Origin: Halocafeteria seosinensis
Lineage: Eukaryota
Reading direction: 5' to 3'
Assembly (NCBI GenBank): GCA_001687465.1
Contig: LVLI01000177.1
Location: 62,001-101,358, forward strand
Length of the DNA stretch: 39,358 nucleotides
Positions 24,853 to 38,695 of the stretch are shown in pieces. The translations under genes and the position numbers were made by a program. The notes under the pieces were generated by a model. That model searched no databases. It saw nothing but the letters and a program-made list of their open reading frames with translations, and had not been told where the DNA came from. The first letter of the stretch is position 1. The number at the start of each line of letters is the position of its first letter.

Positions 24853-26018
24853 TTGTTCGTCGAAGGTACTACGCCATCCAACGCGACATAATGATCCAAC
24901 GGGACACTCTGCTTCTTCAGCAGGATGGTCTATGCATATTCACCCCTTGCTTTGCCCCTGCCAGCCGCAGAAAAGTACATACCGTGGCTGCGTATGTATG
25001 AGGACTCAAAACAAGCTCATACGCTGTAGGAATACTGGACGAATGCAACGTTTATGGGGTCGGGGTCTTCGTGGTTGAAGTACATACAACCGACAATCTG
25101 CGCCCTTCTTCAAGGAACGCTGGTAGCAGTTTACATTACAAATTTCCTCAAACGGCTGTATGTTCTACTGGTACCAGTAGGTCCCACGACTGCGTCAAAA
25201 CACGAACCATACGAGAGCCTGACACTCATTGTACCTGGTGTTCTGTACATATATATGTATTGGGGCTCTGACCGTTAAGAATCGAAAGTGGTGCTTGATG
25301 TGGAAGAATTCATACCCAGCAGTCATGGCATTCATGGCGGCGTTGGTTGCGACAGAGAGGAGCCCACTCAGCTAGGTTATGCTGTTCGGAATCCCATAAC
25401 TAACACAACAAACATATGATACCACAATATCCCGTTAAGTGATTCGTTCTTCCAGTTTCAGAGTTTGAGCAGGGTACCCTGTGTGAGTAGTAGGTATTAC
25501 ACCAGTATTGCTCGAATGGGTTTCTCTTCGTCGCAAGTTGCAACTTGCAACCAACGTATACAGTGTATGTGTGGCTATGCGTGTACAAGAAACCACTATT
25601 GTTATTCTACGCGTGCGAGTACTGTACTTTACCGATTTTTATTTCCTCACTGAGATACCAGCGTTGGACGCGTTGCTATTGGGCAGCTGCAAACCATCGT
25701 TGTAGCCAGCGCCACAGCACTTCCTTGCGACCGCGGAGCTTGCGACGCGCCAAAAAGTCAGCTTTGGGCGTAAATGCTCTGATAGCGCATTCACTCCATA
25801 TTTATTTGTGTCGTGGCTACATCGTTTCAAATTGCACGAATATACAGTCTGTGTTTTCTTGCCTTGTATGCTGCCTGTGTGTACCTTTTGTGCGAGTGTG
25901 TGGGATTACCGTTAACTCGGCTAGAATCTTTCCATACTGTACAGCACACATACACGAGCTAACGTGTGTGTTTTCGATACATAGGTAACGAACCGGGAGT
26001 AAAGATTGCTTGAGTATC

Positions 26019-29000
26019 ATGGGATCTGTCGAGGAGCGAGGGCGCGATGAACTCCCACGGGGGAGGGTCCCTCTTCCTCGCATTCAGTTCGACGAGGACA
26101 ACAGGCGCGAGCAAAGGACCGAGCAACAACAGGTATGGATTACCCCACTTGTGTGTCTGTGTGCTCTCCAGGGTAGCGAAAATGTGCCGTGCCGATAGTG
26201 CATGAATTGAAATCGGCTCATTGCTATTTTCAGCTCGGAATTCACCGTCTTTCTTGTTTTTACCTTCTGGTACGCACAGACGAAGGGATCATCGTTGGAC
26301 TTGTCGGCTTCTCCCTCGTTGCATACCAACAAAAAGTACGTTGCCAAGGCTTCTACAGTTGCCAAATATTGCAAAGCGGAATGCCTACGATTGCTAGCAC
26401 AGTGATGCCTTCAAACGAGCTGTCGTTTCTTTGTGGACGCTCCTGGAGCCCACTATAACTGGTACTGTGGAGAAAGCTACCGTGGTTGGATTGTGGACAC
26501 GGCTCTGCCGAATGCTTATTCCCGGTATCAAGTGGCAACAGGTAGGCAAGAAGGTGAAAATGCGAAGTATGGACCGTACGTACACCATCGTTTTCACTGC
26601 TGTTCACAGGCGGAAGTGGTTGGGGAGCGTGAATGGTTCAGGGATACCTTGAATGATACGCACATCACGTTCTTGTACGTTTGCTTGACCTCAGTGCATA
26701 TGTTCGAACGTATCAGTCAAACATGTTGCGTCTATCATTGTGCAGCAATTTTCTGAAATCGTGGGACGAGTTCATATACGCTTATACTGGTGAAGATATG
26801 GCAGTTGATGTGAAAGCACACTTGACGATGGTCTTAACTCATAAGCTAACAACATATGTCAGCAAGGATAAACAATTGTTACCTGGCCTAAAACTATGCG
26901 ATCCTTCACAAAATCATTTTCTACTGGACACAACATATCTGGACCGGCGACTGATTTCACGCGATTTTGTATCGTACGATCCAGTTGTTGGCATCATACC
27001 TGGTTTCTTGGCCGAGTCAGATGGCGAGCTGTTGACGTGCTTGGAACTTGTTAAACCTCGAAACGCTAGAATAGCCGAGTCTTCGCCAACTTTGCTACAG
27101 TACTGCGTAAACGGCTACACACTTGGACTGTGTGCTCGTGAGAGGCAATCTGCGGATAACCCACCTGCCGAGGAAAAAGATAGTAGCGATGATTACTCCG
27201 TGTGTCTAGAAGAAGCGGGCACTCTCAAGGCTGCGTTCGTGAAGGTTTGCGGCCGTACGGACGGACCAGACCCGGCTTTCTGCTCTCGCCTGTGGCCAGA
27301 GTCAGAGTGTGAACCCTCAACAAGCTCTGTTGATCGTCCAAGTTATGCCAATATAGTTTACCCTGATGTTCCGCGAGTCTGGTTTTATTCGGAAAATTTG
27401 CTGGCTGATTGCGACACCTCAAAGCGTTTGGCACTCACCATGGGGGCTCGGTACATCGAACCAGTTTCCCTACTTTCCGAATGTACAGCATTCCCAGCAG
27501 GATGGGGTGTGGTAGAGGTTTCCCAATTTTATCGCAAAGCTGTCTTTTTGAAGACCTTCAGTGAATCGTTTGATAAGGCGTTGGCCTTTTATGAAAACTT
27601 GGATAACGAGGAGGATACCGCTCTATCTCAACTCCGAGAGTTGCAACAGGAAGCGAAGGACTCCCCGGACGATGCTGACGCAATCTTGGAAAAAATGCAA
27701 GGTATCGTGACTGAAATGCACTCCTCCGATACTGCGTACGACCCTGATCGAATGCTCATCGCTGAGTGCATTACTTTGGCGGTAGAGGAGGAAAGGCGCT
27801 TCCTCATAGGAGAAGACAGTACCAAGTCATCTAAAAAGAAAAAGAAAAAGAAAACGACGGACTTGCAAAACCCGAGGAAGCATCAGGGCAAACTTCTTGA
27901 ACATGTTTCGTCAACATTGACGTCGAAAGCAAACAAGCTAATTGAAGAAGTAACCGGGGAAAGCTACGTTCGGAAGGAGAAATTGCTTTTACGGCGTCTC
28001 GCTAGGATTTTATCCAGTTTAACAGATCTCAACACTGCAAACACGCGACTTCCGAAAGATACGCGGTCAGTGCTTGGTCAGCTAGCGGATTCTGACCTTA
28101 AAAAGGGTGTTAGCGTATCAGAGGAGGTTGTGCGGAAATTGGTTCGCGATGCTATGATAGAAGCTGTGGAGGCGGGATGTGGCTATGTTTTGGATCGGTA
28201 TCCTTATAACGAAGCAGAGTATCAAGCTTTGACAGATGAAGTGCGGGAGCTTTTGAATGATAGTGGCGGAAAAGCTATGGTAGATGACATGAATGTTGGC
28301 TCTGACCTCCGCGACACGGGGATGTATGACGTCGCTTCGTTTGTTGAGCCAACAATTGGCGACGCCGCCTTAGCAGCCAACTCGCGGCAGTACAACAGGG
28401 AACTACATGAGTTTTTCACCGGCGAAGAAGCTGAGAAGTACGACTCTTCACTGTATTCCGAACCTATGGATACTAATGGTTTGGGGAAGTTCAAAGACGA
28501 CGATGTTGAACATGAAAGAGGTTTACGAGCATATGCGCAAAGCGTGAAAGAACGTAAAGCCACTGATGCTTTACATCAGCCATCCGAAACGACCAATCGA
28601 GCCTCCTTAGTAGAGGATGAAGAGCATGGCAGTGCTCGTCGGAATGTTCAAATTAGTGAACGGGCCAATGAGTCAATCACGTTCGACTACCGACGTCCCA
28701 CATCTGGGCTTTCGTTCGGACGTAGCCGCAGTCGATCCAGAGGCAGCAGGGAAAGGAGTGTCTACACCCCGCTTCCAGATATACTGGAACACCACCCTCC
28801 TGATGTCTTTGCTATACGCGATCTAGAGGATGTCATGCCGACGAAAGTAATTAGAGATGAGTTTGTTTGCTCACTTGATCCCGCGGTCAACTCCGCGTTG
28901 GCCGCCTCGTATCTTTGTAGTCGATTTGCTAAGAGTTCTCTGGAGACTAAAGATTTCGTAGATCAAAGGATTGTTGAGCCTTCGTATGGCTTGGGTGTCG

Positions 29001-32000
29001 AGGATGCTGATATGAAAAGGCTGTCCGCGGAGTGCGCTTCGTTGGGATTCGAAAATTTAAAGGAAGAAGTGGTGTCATACGCAGAGAATGCGTCTGCTTT
29101 GAAGGAGTCCGTTTGTGGCTTGTGTGTGAGTTCGGGATTATATGGGGTGAATTTTGCTAGTACAGTTTTGTCAGGGCATGAGGAAGAAGATGCAGATGGT
29201 GAGTCGTCGCGCGAATCTCGTCTCATCCGAAGAATGCTGGATGAGGATGTGCTTGTTTTTAATGCTTCCGATTACTATAGTGCGCGGAATTCGCTCTTTG
29301 AAGGAAGTAGAGAATCTACGAGCGAACAAAGGCCAGCTTGGAAGGCTTCCAGTACGGGAGAGAATTCAATGGAACCAGGTGACGAGAGTGGCGAGCACAC
29401 GATGGATGCCACAAAAGGAGCAGAAACTGCGGAAGATACCGAACGTGCCGAGAATGAAAATGACGAGCAAACTGAACGTCCCGCGTCATACGAATTTCTT
29501 TACGGTATTGAAGGGACAGTGACGGTATTTGATGTCCTGAGCTGTTGGCGCAGTATACTTTCCGGCATTGTTACTAAATCTCATACAAAACTGTTGAGGG
29601 ATCTTCCACGACTTGGTTGGCGAAATTTTCGCCCTTATACAGCATATCGTACCGGGCCCGCGGCTGTCAGGTGTCTGCCTTCCCTTGTTAAGCAAATCGG
29701 TAGTGGCTGCATCGGCGTGAATGGTGCTACACTAGCTCCCGACGTGGAAGGCGAACCAACGGATGAAGAAGAAGGGGGAAAATCTGGTACTGGTCCCTAC
29801 TGTGATACATCGCCCCGAGATTTTCAACTTGCCCACCACCTATTTGACGGAGTACTCCTGCGAAGCATTGTTGATGGTGATTTGGAAAGAGCTAGGTGGC
29901 GTTTGGAGGGTACATCACGAAGCGAGAGCTCCGCGTGCTTCTTTGCGAGTCCGTTAGTAACTTATAATCCCCTTCTTGTGTTTGATCCTGCGTCACATGT
30001 GCAGATTGACACTCGTTTCCCGTCGAATGTTCAGTTCATGCGCTTGGTGCTGGCTTTCTCTGGGCAACTAGGCCCGTTCATCGGCTCGAACGATGCTGTA
30101 TGTGCGCAAGCAGTTTCACTTCCTGAACAGCACGAACTGGGGGAAGAGCAAGTGGAACAGATGCAAGACCTGGGTCAGGGTGATTTTATGTGTGGTCTAC
30201 GCACGGAAGATGGGTCGGTATGCGGGGCTTGGCCTGTAGACGAGTCCACAACGGCAAGGATTCGGTACTTGTTATACGGGGAAGTACTTCCCAAGCAGTA
30301 CGATTTGATGCACGAGTTGGCATCCCTCGACCCTGTGGATTCTTATAGGCTTCGCATAGAGGGATTCGACAGTGTCCTCAGCGCCCCGCGGGATAGGTGG
30401 AATGATTGGTCGCAGCTGCTGAGAAGCGTTCTACTGACTGTGTCGTTGCGTCGGCAGCAGAGATCGTTGTTGGACTGGTTAAATGCGTCACGCACAACAC
30501 AGGATATAGCCCTTCTTGAAAAGCTGAACGATCTTTGCCAGAAAGACGAGAAGTCGACAGTACCGGAAGCGCATGATGCTAGGTCTTTGAAGCAGCATTG
30601 TGAGGCCATGATTGAGGCGACAAGTGAATTGGTTGAGGAAGTCTCGCGGCAAGAGGAAGAGACAGAACAGCAGTTACAGAGTGAAGGTGAAGGTAGCACC
30701 GATGCGGACCAAATGGACTCTTGGAAACTTGACTGGCAGCACTGTAAAGCAAACGACCTTCCTGTTGACGCGTTCCAGGATAAGCTTCAAGCTGTTGTTA
30801 GTTTGGTTGGTAAGTCGGACGATGATGAGGAGGCTCCAATGGAGCAGACAAGAAAAGGACTTATTCTTGCGGGAGCTGGTGGGGGTGGGATTAATGGCGA
30901 CTCCCTATGCATCAACAATAAAATCATCGGCGCGTTACTCGAAAACCCTGAGGAGCTTACTTTACGCTTTGCTGGTGAAGAGGAATTGAGCGAGCAGCTG
31001 GGCGAACTTGATGACAGTAGCAAACGCCAGTTCCTAGAGCTACATGGTCATTTGTGGGCAGATTCGGACCCACCGGAAGATTCCTCTGAGTGGTCGACAA
31101 TGCTCCACTCTTTACTGATGGACAGTTCGGATGTTGCGTCTCAAGGGGACAAAGTATCCGACTCAAGCCTTATGCGCCTGGAAAGGCAATGGCTCCTTTC
31201 AGTGCGCCAAATAGTGAGGGCTGTTAGATCGCAAGCGTCTCGTCGTGATTTTTCTAATTTTCGTACGATATGTCCTGTGTCATTGTTTGAGGATAAGAAG
31301 GTATTGTGGGGAAGTCCTTCGTTGTGCGCTTCCTTTTGCGGGAAGCTCTACGTTTTTGCAAGCACGGAGAAACTCGGAAAGTTCTTGCGGTTCCCGCTCC
31401 GCTACACGCAGCGCAAGCCGTTTTTACCTTATTCGTTTTTCCCGGTAATCGCAACTCCCCGCGACTCTCGTCATGTCTGCTCTTCTTCCGCCGCAAAGAT
31501 GGGGCGTGGGGACACTCTGTACTGTAGCCCCCTGCATGGACTCCACTCCTTGCTGGCTGAAGACGATGGACCGGGTGCTCTTCAGGAGGCAGTCAAGCGG
31601 GAGCTAAGCAAGGGCAAAGGCTTAGATCCTAGCGCGTTTGCAGTGTCTGTTGTTCGCTATTTTGGGAAGCTGAAAGTCGAGGGGGGAGCTGATGGGTGTA
31701 GAATCCCTTTGGTTTGCGATGACGATGAGATGGAAGATCTTCTTAACAACTTGCTCACTGAATTACGTGAGGGTGATGAAAGAGAGTCCGACAGAATGTT
31801 AAACGAGATGAAAAAAGTGCAATCCGGGAAAGCACCCTCCAAGGCAACGAAAGAGGACACAAATAAAGCTGAGGAAGGTCGATCCTGGCTGTCACAGTAC
31901 AAAGAACGTTTTGAGCAGGTATGTGTGACTCTGAATGACGAAGAATTTCAGCCTGAACAGAAAGCCACAGGAGACGACGGTGTGCCCATGCCAACGAGTG

Positions 32001-35000
32001 TGCCACCTCCTAGACTTGGTATATGCGAGGGTATTGTAGGCGGTGACTTTCCTTTACATCCAGCTTTGTGGAGGCGACTGCTGGCTGTGGGGGTGGTTCC
32101 TGACTTAGCCGTAATCGTTGATCCCACTCGCGATTGGGATTCTTACATGCGTATGAGTTTGGAATCTGAGGGTGACGAAGCGGCGGATGAAGAGGAGGGC
32201 GTCCCTACGCCACATTCTTCTTTCAGTTTCGATGAGGCGGAACACGTTTTGTCCGTCGATTTTGCACCGAGTACCTCAGATTACTGTACTACATTTCGCC
32301 ATCGTACTGGCATTGAGGATAAGGCGACTTTCGCGAAGCTTGTGCGAAGAACTGTTTTTTTGCTACGACGCCGGGGGGTACAGGTGAGGGTGGTCCCCGC
32401 GCGTGGAATGGATGAAGACACTCTTGCTTCAATTTTAGCGGACATTTCGAATCCTTTCGCTGATCGGATCAAACCGCTGGCGTTGTGCCAACACACTGAT
32501 GAAAGTGAAGGGGTTGCGGTCATATCCTCGATGAAGCATTACTGCCCTGTGACGCTTGTAAACAATGGCATACTGAATCCTTCTTTAGTGGACGAGGGTC
32601 AGGAGCCCCAATCAGATGGAATACAATTTGATTCCCTTAAGTATCGAATTGAATATTTGTGTAGCGAAGATTCTTCGGCGACTACATTGCTTAATCGATC
32701 TGTGAAACCGCAGAATGAACTCTTCAAATGTTTCTCCTTCTGTTCCCGGGAGAGTGTGTCGCAGTTTTCTCTGAGGCCCGGAAGATTCTTGGAACAGCTG
32801 GAGAAGATGTCATGGGGAACACTAAATGGTGGTGCAGAGCCCTGGGTAAAATTGCGCCTTCCAGTGTTGTGGCTGGCACCTCAGGGAGTTGGTACTACTA
32901 CCTCATTGCATAGTCTGGTTGCTCAGATGTGCGATAATGGAAAGTCCATAGTTGCAGAAGGAGATTTCATTCCATTAGGCCAGTTTTCAAATTTTAGTAT
33001 TCGTGTGTGTGATCTGGAAAAAGAAGCGACTGCTTTACCGGTATCTTTGTCGTCGTTCCTGCAGCAGTTCTACGAGAGCGTAGTTGCCAGACAGGACTCT
33101 GTGAAACGCATACTCAAAGTCCTATTACGGCGTCGCCGACGTGCACTTCAAAAAACATCCACTGGTTTTACAGACACCTCGGCAGGCGAAGGGACTTCAG
33201 AAGAGGATGATGAAAGTGGACAGTTGGCTGATCCATTTGTAGCTGTCCTGCAAAGTCTTCTTACCCGCGGAGCTGCTGAATTTATTCCTTCTGCGGTGGC
33301 CGTTTCGGAATGCGCTGAGGGAAGTGTGTCACAGAAGTTGCTTGACCCGGAAAAGCGGTTAGCCGTAATGCATGAGTGTCGAAACGCTGTAAATAGCGCA
33401 GGCCTTTCTTGCCGCGAGGTCTTTCACTTGAGAAATTACATTAAAAAAACATATACCTCGCGTCGCAGAATAACCGGTAGTCAGGAGGGTATAGCTGCCG
33501 ATACTCCTACCAAACTACTTGGACTGTTCAGTGAAAAGGACGAACGGTGTCGGTGGAATCAACAAGCGGAAGCATACAGGCAATTTTTTTCTATTTATGA
33601 ACAATTTTTGCTCGAGGATGGCGCAAACGAGCGTTCCTTCAAAAGGGCTGAATGGGAGCTGTCTGAAGGACGCCGACTACTGGGACGTGACACTGTTGAA
33701 TCTATTATGCAGGGTGACCTGAGGGCTGCTTTAGATAAAGCAACTCGACACGGAATCATAAAGGATAACTACGGAGAGGTAACCCAATGGCTGCCGAAAG
33801 TTCCGGATGCGGTTGCCGACTCCAACGAGGTACAGCACGGGGCTCGTGCCGTAGCGAAAGCACGGATGGCAGTCGACAGGATGATAAATGAAATAGAAGA
33901 CGTACATGAGCGTATTCGTGCCCTAGATAAAAGCACAGCGGATGGAGAAGATGAAGGGCAAGATGAAGCTTTCGAAGGTCTAGAGGGATTTGTGGAAGGG
34001 AAGCCATCAGGCCTGATCGAAAAAGCGATTCGAAATGTTATCACCCAAACAGACGATGTCGGCTTCGTGTACTCTGCGTGTAGTCAGGATCCTCGTTTTG
34101 AGATAATTTTTCTTGACGGTTGTAGGCTTGTAGACGAGCATGTGCTGCGTCTATGCAAGGGCAATGGGAGCTCTCCCTTCGTTACGCTGCACACGTCTAT
34201 CGCAACTAACAGCGAAGCTTCCGAAATCTTCGAAGATTTCAATTTCAGCGCGTTTTTGTCCAAAAAATTACCGTGTCGTGTTTCGACTGTACCAAATGCG
34301 CTGCGCAAGGCTGCCAGTGACGGCTACGCAACATCCTTACATATTGCGCTTCAACGTTTTGTGCGAGAATTTCAATGGCAACTACCGGAGATGGAACGTT
34401 GCAAACGGATGCTCGCTTCCTTGTATGGAAAGCTTCGAGAGAGTAAGATTCAGCAATTCGCATGGGAGCTGCGTCACAAATGGTGCATAAAGCAGGTGAA
34501 AAAAGACAGAAAAGATAGGAAGCGGGGGGAGAAGGAAAATTGGAGGAAGCAGGCCGTCTCTAAATTGAACGACAACGAGGATTTTGCACTGCCCGAAGAT
34601 CTCAAGCCCTTGCCCAACAGTGAACTGCTAGAAAGACGCGATGAAGTGGCGAAGCGGTTCCTTGAATCTGTCCACGACGGTATTGTGAGCGAAAGCAATA
34701 CAGTTAATTCGTTGTATTCTACATCGGCTTCTCTTGGGATAAATTCTGTTTCTGTACCATTTCTCCCAATGCAAGATATCCGCTTAGGTTTGAACGTGTC
34801 ACCTCCGGTAACTGGGACACGAAAAGCAGTACTTCGTGTTTTGAACAGATTGATGGGCTGTCCACTCGATCGTAACCAAGAGGGCGCTGATGGAAGCACA
34901 GCATCGCCTTTGTATTTCCCCCTTCCAGGATGGCGTCCAACGAGCATCCCTCGAGCCGTTACCGGTTTGCAGGGCTGCATACTCCCCCCTAGTTACGCTT

Positions 35001-37565
35001 CTTACCTGCTTGCTTCTGGAAGTGTGGACGTCAGCGGAATTAGGGGTCTTTGTCCGGTGACGTTCTCCTGCTCAAAGCATATATGCGAAAGTTCGTCAAC
35101 TTGGAAGGGGGATGCATGGAGTGATATCCCTGTAACATCGAGTAACACATGTTACGGTGCCGTACGTAGGTTTCCCGTGCTGGTAGGAAGAACGTTATTT
35201 TTTTGTAGTTCTCATTGCAAAGCATTGTCCTTTTGCCGTAATCCAGCATACTTTCTTCAAAGTCTTTCAAAACTCGACCCGAAGAACGTCCCACTGCCGA
35301 CTTCTCGAGTTGCAATAGTAGGCCCTTCAATATCGAGGGTAATGTCGGTGGCGGCATCGCTTCGATCGAGCTCTGGAGCGGTCTTGGTCACCCCGGCCAA
35401 AGCTGCGAACTGGTTTTCTTCCCTGCAACAATACGGTTTCAACTGTCTACCAGGTCACCCCGTGACTAAGGAGCATGGTGTTGTGGATAAACGTATGTTA
35501 AGAGCTATGGTCGCGAAGTATCTACAATTCAATTGTGAATGTCTATTAAAAGGCTGGATTTTGGTAGACTCTATTCATTCGGAAGAGGATCTTTATTTTT
35601 TTGAGGGTGCGGGCATTTCCTTTACACGATTTGTCGTTGTGGAGAATGGAAATGTATCTTACCAGCTAGAAAGTGAAGCACGGCTCCGCTTCAGCACAGA
35701 CTTCCACAGTAAGTTTATCGGGACTCGTCCTAGTTTGGGTGCCCGTTCCAAAAGTGAACAACCAGAGCAGGCCAGCTCGTTGAAATGGAGCCGACGGTAT
35801 GGCAACTCTGAGACAGACTGGTCTTCACAAGTTTCGGAGGCTTGTTTGGCAATGGGCGAGCTTGTGCCTAAGCAGAAGGACGAGCATAATGCCTCGGAAG
35901 ACGCTGAGGAAGCGTTGGATACTGGTGAAAATGAGCTTGCTGGTGAATTGGACAACCTATACTATGACGGAGAAGAAGAGCAGGATAGTAGCGCATTTTC
36001 CCTTGAGGCCCTGTATGGGCAAGGGGGGTTCTTCTTTCCCCTGGATGAATCAACGGGGAAGTACGTGTCACTCCTGCGTAATGCAAGCGGTGAAGCGGAA
36101 GAAGATACTGAGACTAATGAGTTCTCCGTTCTCAGTAGCGTTGTAGAGAGGCTGTGTAGTCGCAACACTGTCCAGCCGGTATGGGAACTTCCCGAAGTGA
36201 TGGATGTCCCCGACACAAGGTCGGAGATGGTGTCTGTACCCGGGCCACGTTCGGGCATCACCGGCGGTGTCTTAGCCATTTCAGAAATGCCTCGTCAATC
36301 CCTGAGTAAGTACTCACTTCTAAGAGAATTTTGGTAATTCCTTTAGTAATTTAGTTCTATGTGCTACAGACCAAGGACTCAGACAGTGGGAGAAACTGAA
36401 GGAGGGTCTGCTTTACGAAATTTTCCAACGCGTAAACACGTGCACTTACGTAACGCGTCTTGCACAGAAGTCTATTAGACAAGCGATCACTCTCGATACC
36501 GCTGACAATAGGTGTAAATATGCTTATTTTGGTGCTCTCCAGAAAGGTGTTGTGGCCCCCGTTGGAAGACTGCCCCACTCCATTGATGAATTCTGTCGGA
36601 TTCTGTCTCGAAGAAGCGGGTCTTTCTGTCCCGTTACATGGGATCAAGAAAGACGATATAAGAACATGCTTTTGAGCGCCGCTCCTTTGCAGTTTGCGTG
36701 TGAATATCAACAAAAGTAAGCTCATGAGTACAGTGGTCATTAGGTACACGAGAAGTTGCTGATTGGTTTTGCCTTTGAACTATGTCAACGCAGTGTGTTC
36801 CTGGTTTACTCTATGGACAAGCTTCAGAAAATCCTTGATAATCCTGATTCCATTATAGTGGATAACAGTGTGCTGGAGACTCCGCCTCGTGTCGCTCCGC
36901 CGACACGCGCATTTCCATGCCTTGGTGGGCTGTGTCCGGTGTCATTGGCGGACTACCGGAACAACACCGTTCCTGCCTACGGCTTCATCGGACTTGGTGT
37001 ATCTTACAGGGGTAGCTTATACCGTTGCCATGCTCCGAACGCATTTATCCAGTTTTCTGAGTGCCCAGAAAAATATCTTGGTCGTGTACCTTCAACCATA
37101 TTGTTTCCGCCGAGGCCGCGTCCTGTACCCGCTGGTTCGACAACTGCATCTAGGCTACCGTTCCCAAACGTCATTGCCAACAAACGGCGCATGAAGAGCA
37201 CGTCGGGCCAAGACCTGAGATTGTCAGCTGATGCAGATACGTCAGCACCATGTAGAGGGTATCTTGAGCAATCGTTTGGCGGCGTCTTGCGAAAATCGCT
37301 GACTAATGGGGCCACCGTCTACGCACACATGAAACATCCGACTATGACGCAGAAGCAAACTTTGTACTATTTATTAGCGTTGGACATACAGACAAACAAT
37401 CCGTTTGCCGATGAAGGATACAGACGCGAAGCATGTCGTTGGCTTGAACGCTTTCACAGGGAGTGTATGTTCGACTCCGCGCTCCTTCGTACCTCTGGAC
37501 CGCATATTCGGGTCATTGAGTCCCTGAGGATAGCAAAACAATCGGAAGAAATAGGGCACAAGTAG
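26019..37565 (+). CDS. AK9: Adenylate kinase 9-like giant protein with YHS-like repeats, ~3683 aa, 7 exons
   Basis: Exons 26019-26132, 26280-26335, 26403-26541, 26610-26674, 26746-36305, 36370-36715 and 36794-37565 join in frame (11052 nt); the first exons are less certain. Five CPV[ST]...Y.F....L..F...P..Y repeats lie at ~31271, 32537, 35044, 36624 and 36927. AK-like GYVLDRYP and KGWILVD segments are present. The C-terminal GYLEQ..GGVLRKSL....MKHP..TQKQTLYYLLALDIQTNNP matches the AK9 C-terminal motif. Confidence 0.75.
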
Positions 37566-38489
37566 AAGCCTAACAATGAGAATGAATACACTTGCTACAT
37601 CATACAATGGTATACCACCCTATTCTTACTGTTACACCTATCTCCAGGAAGGGTCCACTACTCTGTTAAATACGAGTAGATGCATTTTGCTATGCGTGGC
37701 GCACCCTAACGAAACGCGTTGCTAGCAAGCACAAGCGCACAACACAGGGAAAAAAGCCGACATGGCTGACCAGCATAAAAAGCAAGCTTTATCCAGAAGC
37801 AACCGGAGCTTGGCATGTACAGAAGGTAGAGCTGACAGTGCATTGAGAAACTTCACAAGGATGGCAATGGGAAATCAAAGAGTATTGTCCAGAAGCAACC
37901 AGAAGGGGAAGATGTACAGGAAGAAGTTAAAGTTTACAATTTCCATTAAAATACTTTACAAAGTTGACAAACTAAAAATAAAGACAATGATAATAAACAA
38001 CCAGAAGCACAAATTAAAGTTGATATTTGCATTTTAATGTTTTAAACGCTTGACAATGCCCAATTTTTATTCTTAAGTTGTTACCCTTTTGAAAACTAAT
38101 ACTAATTTTACAGAGGTTGCAAACATCCACTGAAGTTCCGTTGTGAAACGACTAATTTTACAGAGCTTGAAAAACACCAATACCAACATTACACCGTTGT
38201 ACAGCGTTGCATGTGGCGTCATAGGGGCCCAATGTGAGGCTCAATTCCTCTCGAAGGAATGCTCCAGGTGACCAAGAGTTACAGAAGCGGAGATACGACT
38301 TAGCCCCAGAAACATGCACATTTTTCCCCTCCAATAATACGGTATTGTATACCATCAGATGCGTAATTTTACGCTGATTCCAACGCATGTACTTATATGA
38401 TCCCATTTTAAGTATGAAGCAAGATACAGGGATTTTTCTATTTTTTGTACCCTTTCCTGCCCGAAATTTGAAAAATCCCCTAAACGAGG

Positions 38490-38695
38490 CAAAGGAAGTG
38501 AAAAAAAGGCGAAACCTGATGGGACAGCTGGTAGTCCTCGTTGCCGACAAACGTGAGCAAGAGACAAAAGTAAAACAAGAGAACGTAAAATCCAAAAAGC
38601 GCTCCACCGGTTGTACAACCGGTGCTGGAGGTGGCTCAATAGTGCGGGAATTCTTTAAGCGAGACGCCGTTGACGAAGCAGGTATGCTCACAGAT
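38490..38695 (+). mobile_element. Second, truncated copy of the BED-relic sequence within AT-rich DNA
   Basis: VKKRR...LVVLVADKREQETKVKQENVKSK...GAGGGSIVREFFKRDAVDEAG aligns with AKKRK...MIVLEDEENRQETKIKQENTKSK...GA*GGSIVWEFFDRAVIDYGG at 16.4-16.6 kb. DNA blocks tagtcctcg, taaaacaagagaac and tcaatagtg are shared. Confidence 0.6.

Noticed and set aside
26280..26756. Apparent in-frame TGA at 26403 between AECLRLLAQ and ..YRGWIVDT, suggesting readthrough or selenocysteine
   Set aside because: A canonical GTACGT..CAG intron (26336-26402) explains the region and gives a continuous frame. TGA is used as a normal stop elsewhere in the window (921, 8793).
17520..36279. Numerous 60-170 aa antisense or alternate-frame ORFs inside the two giant genes
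   Set aside because: These are shadow ORFs of long coding sequences with no recognisable domains.
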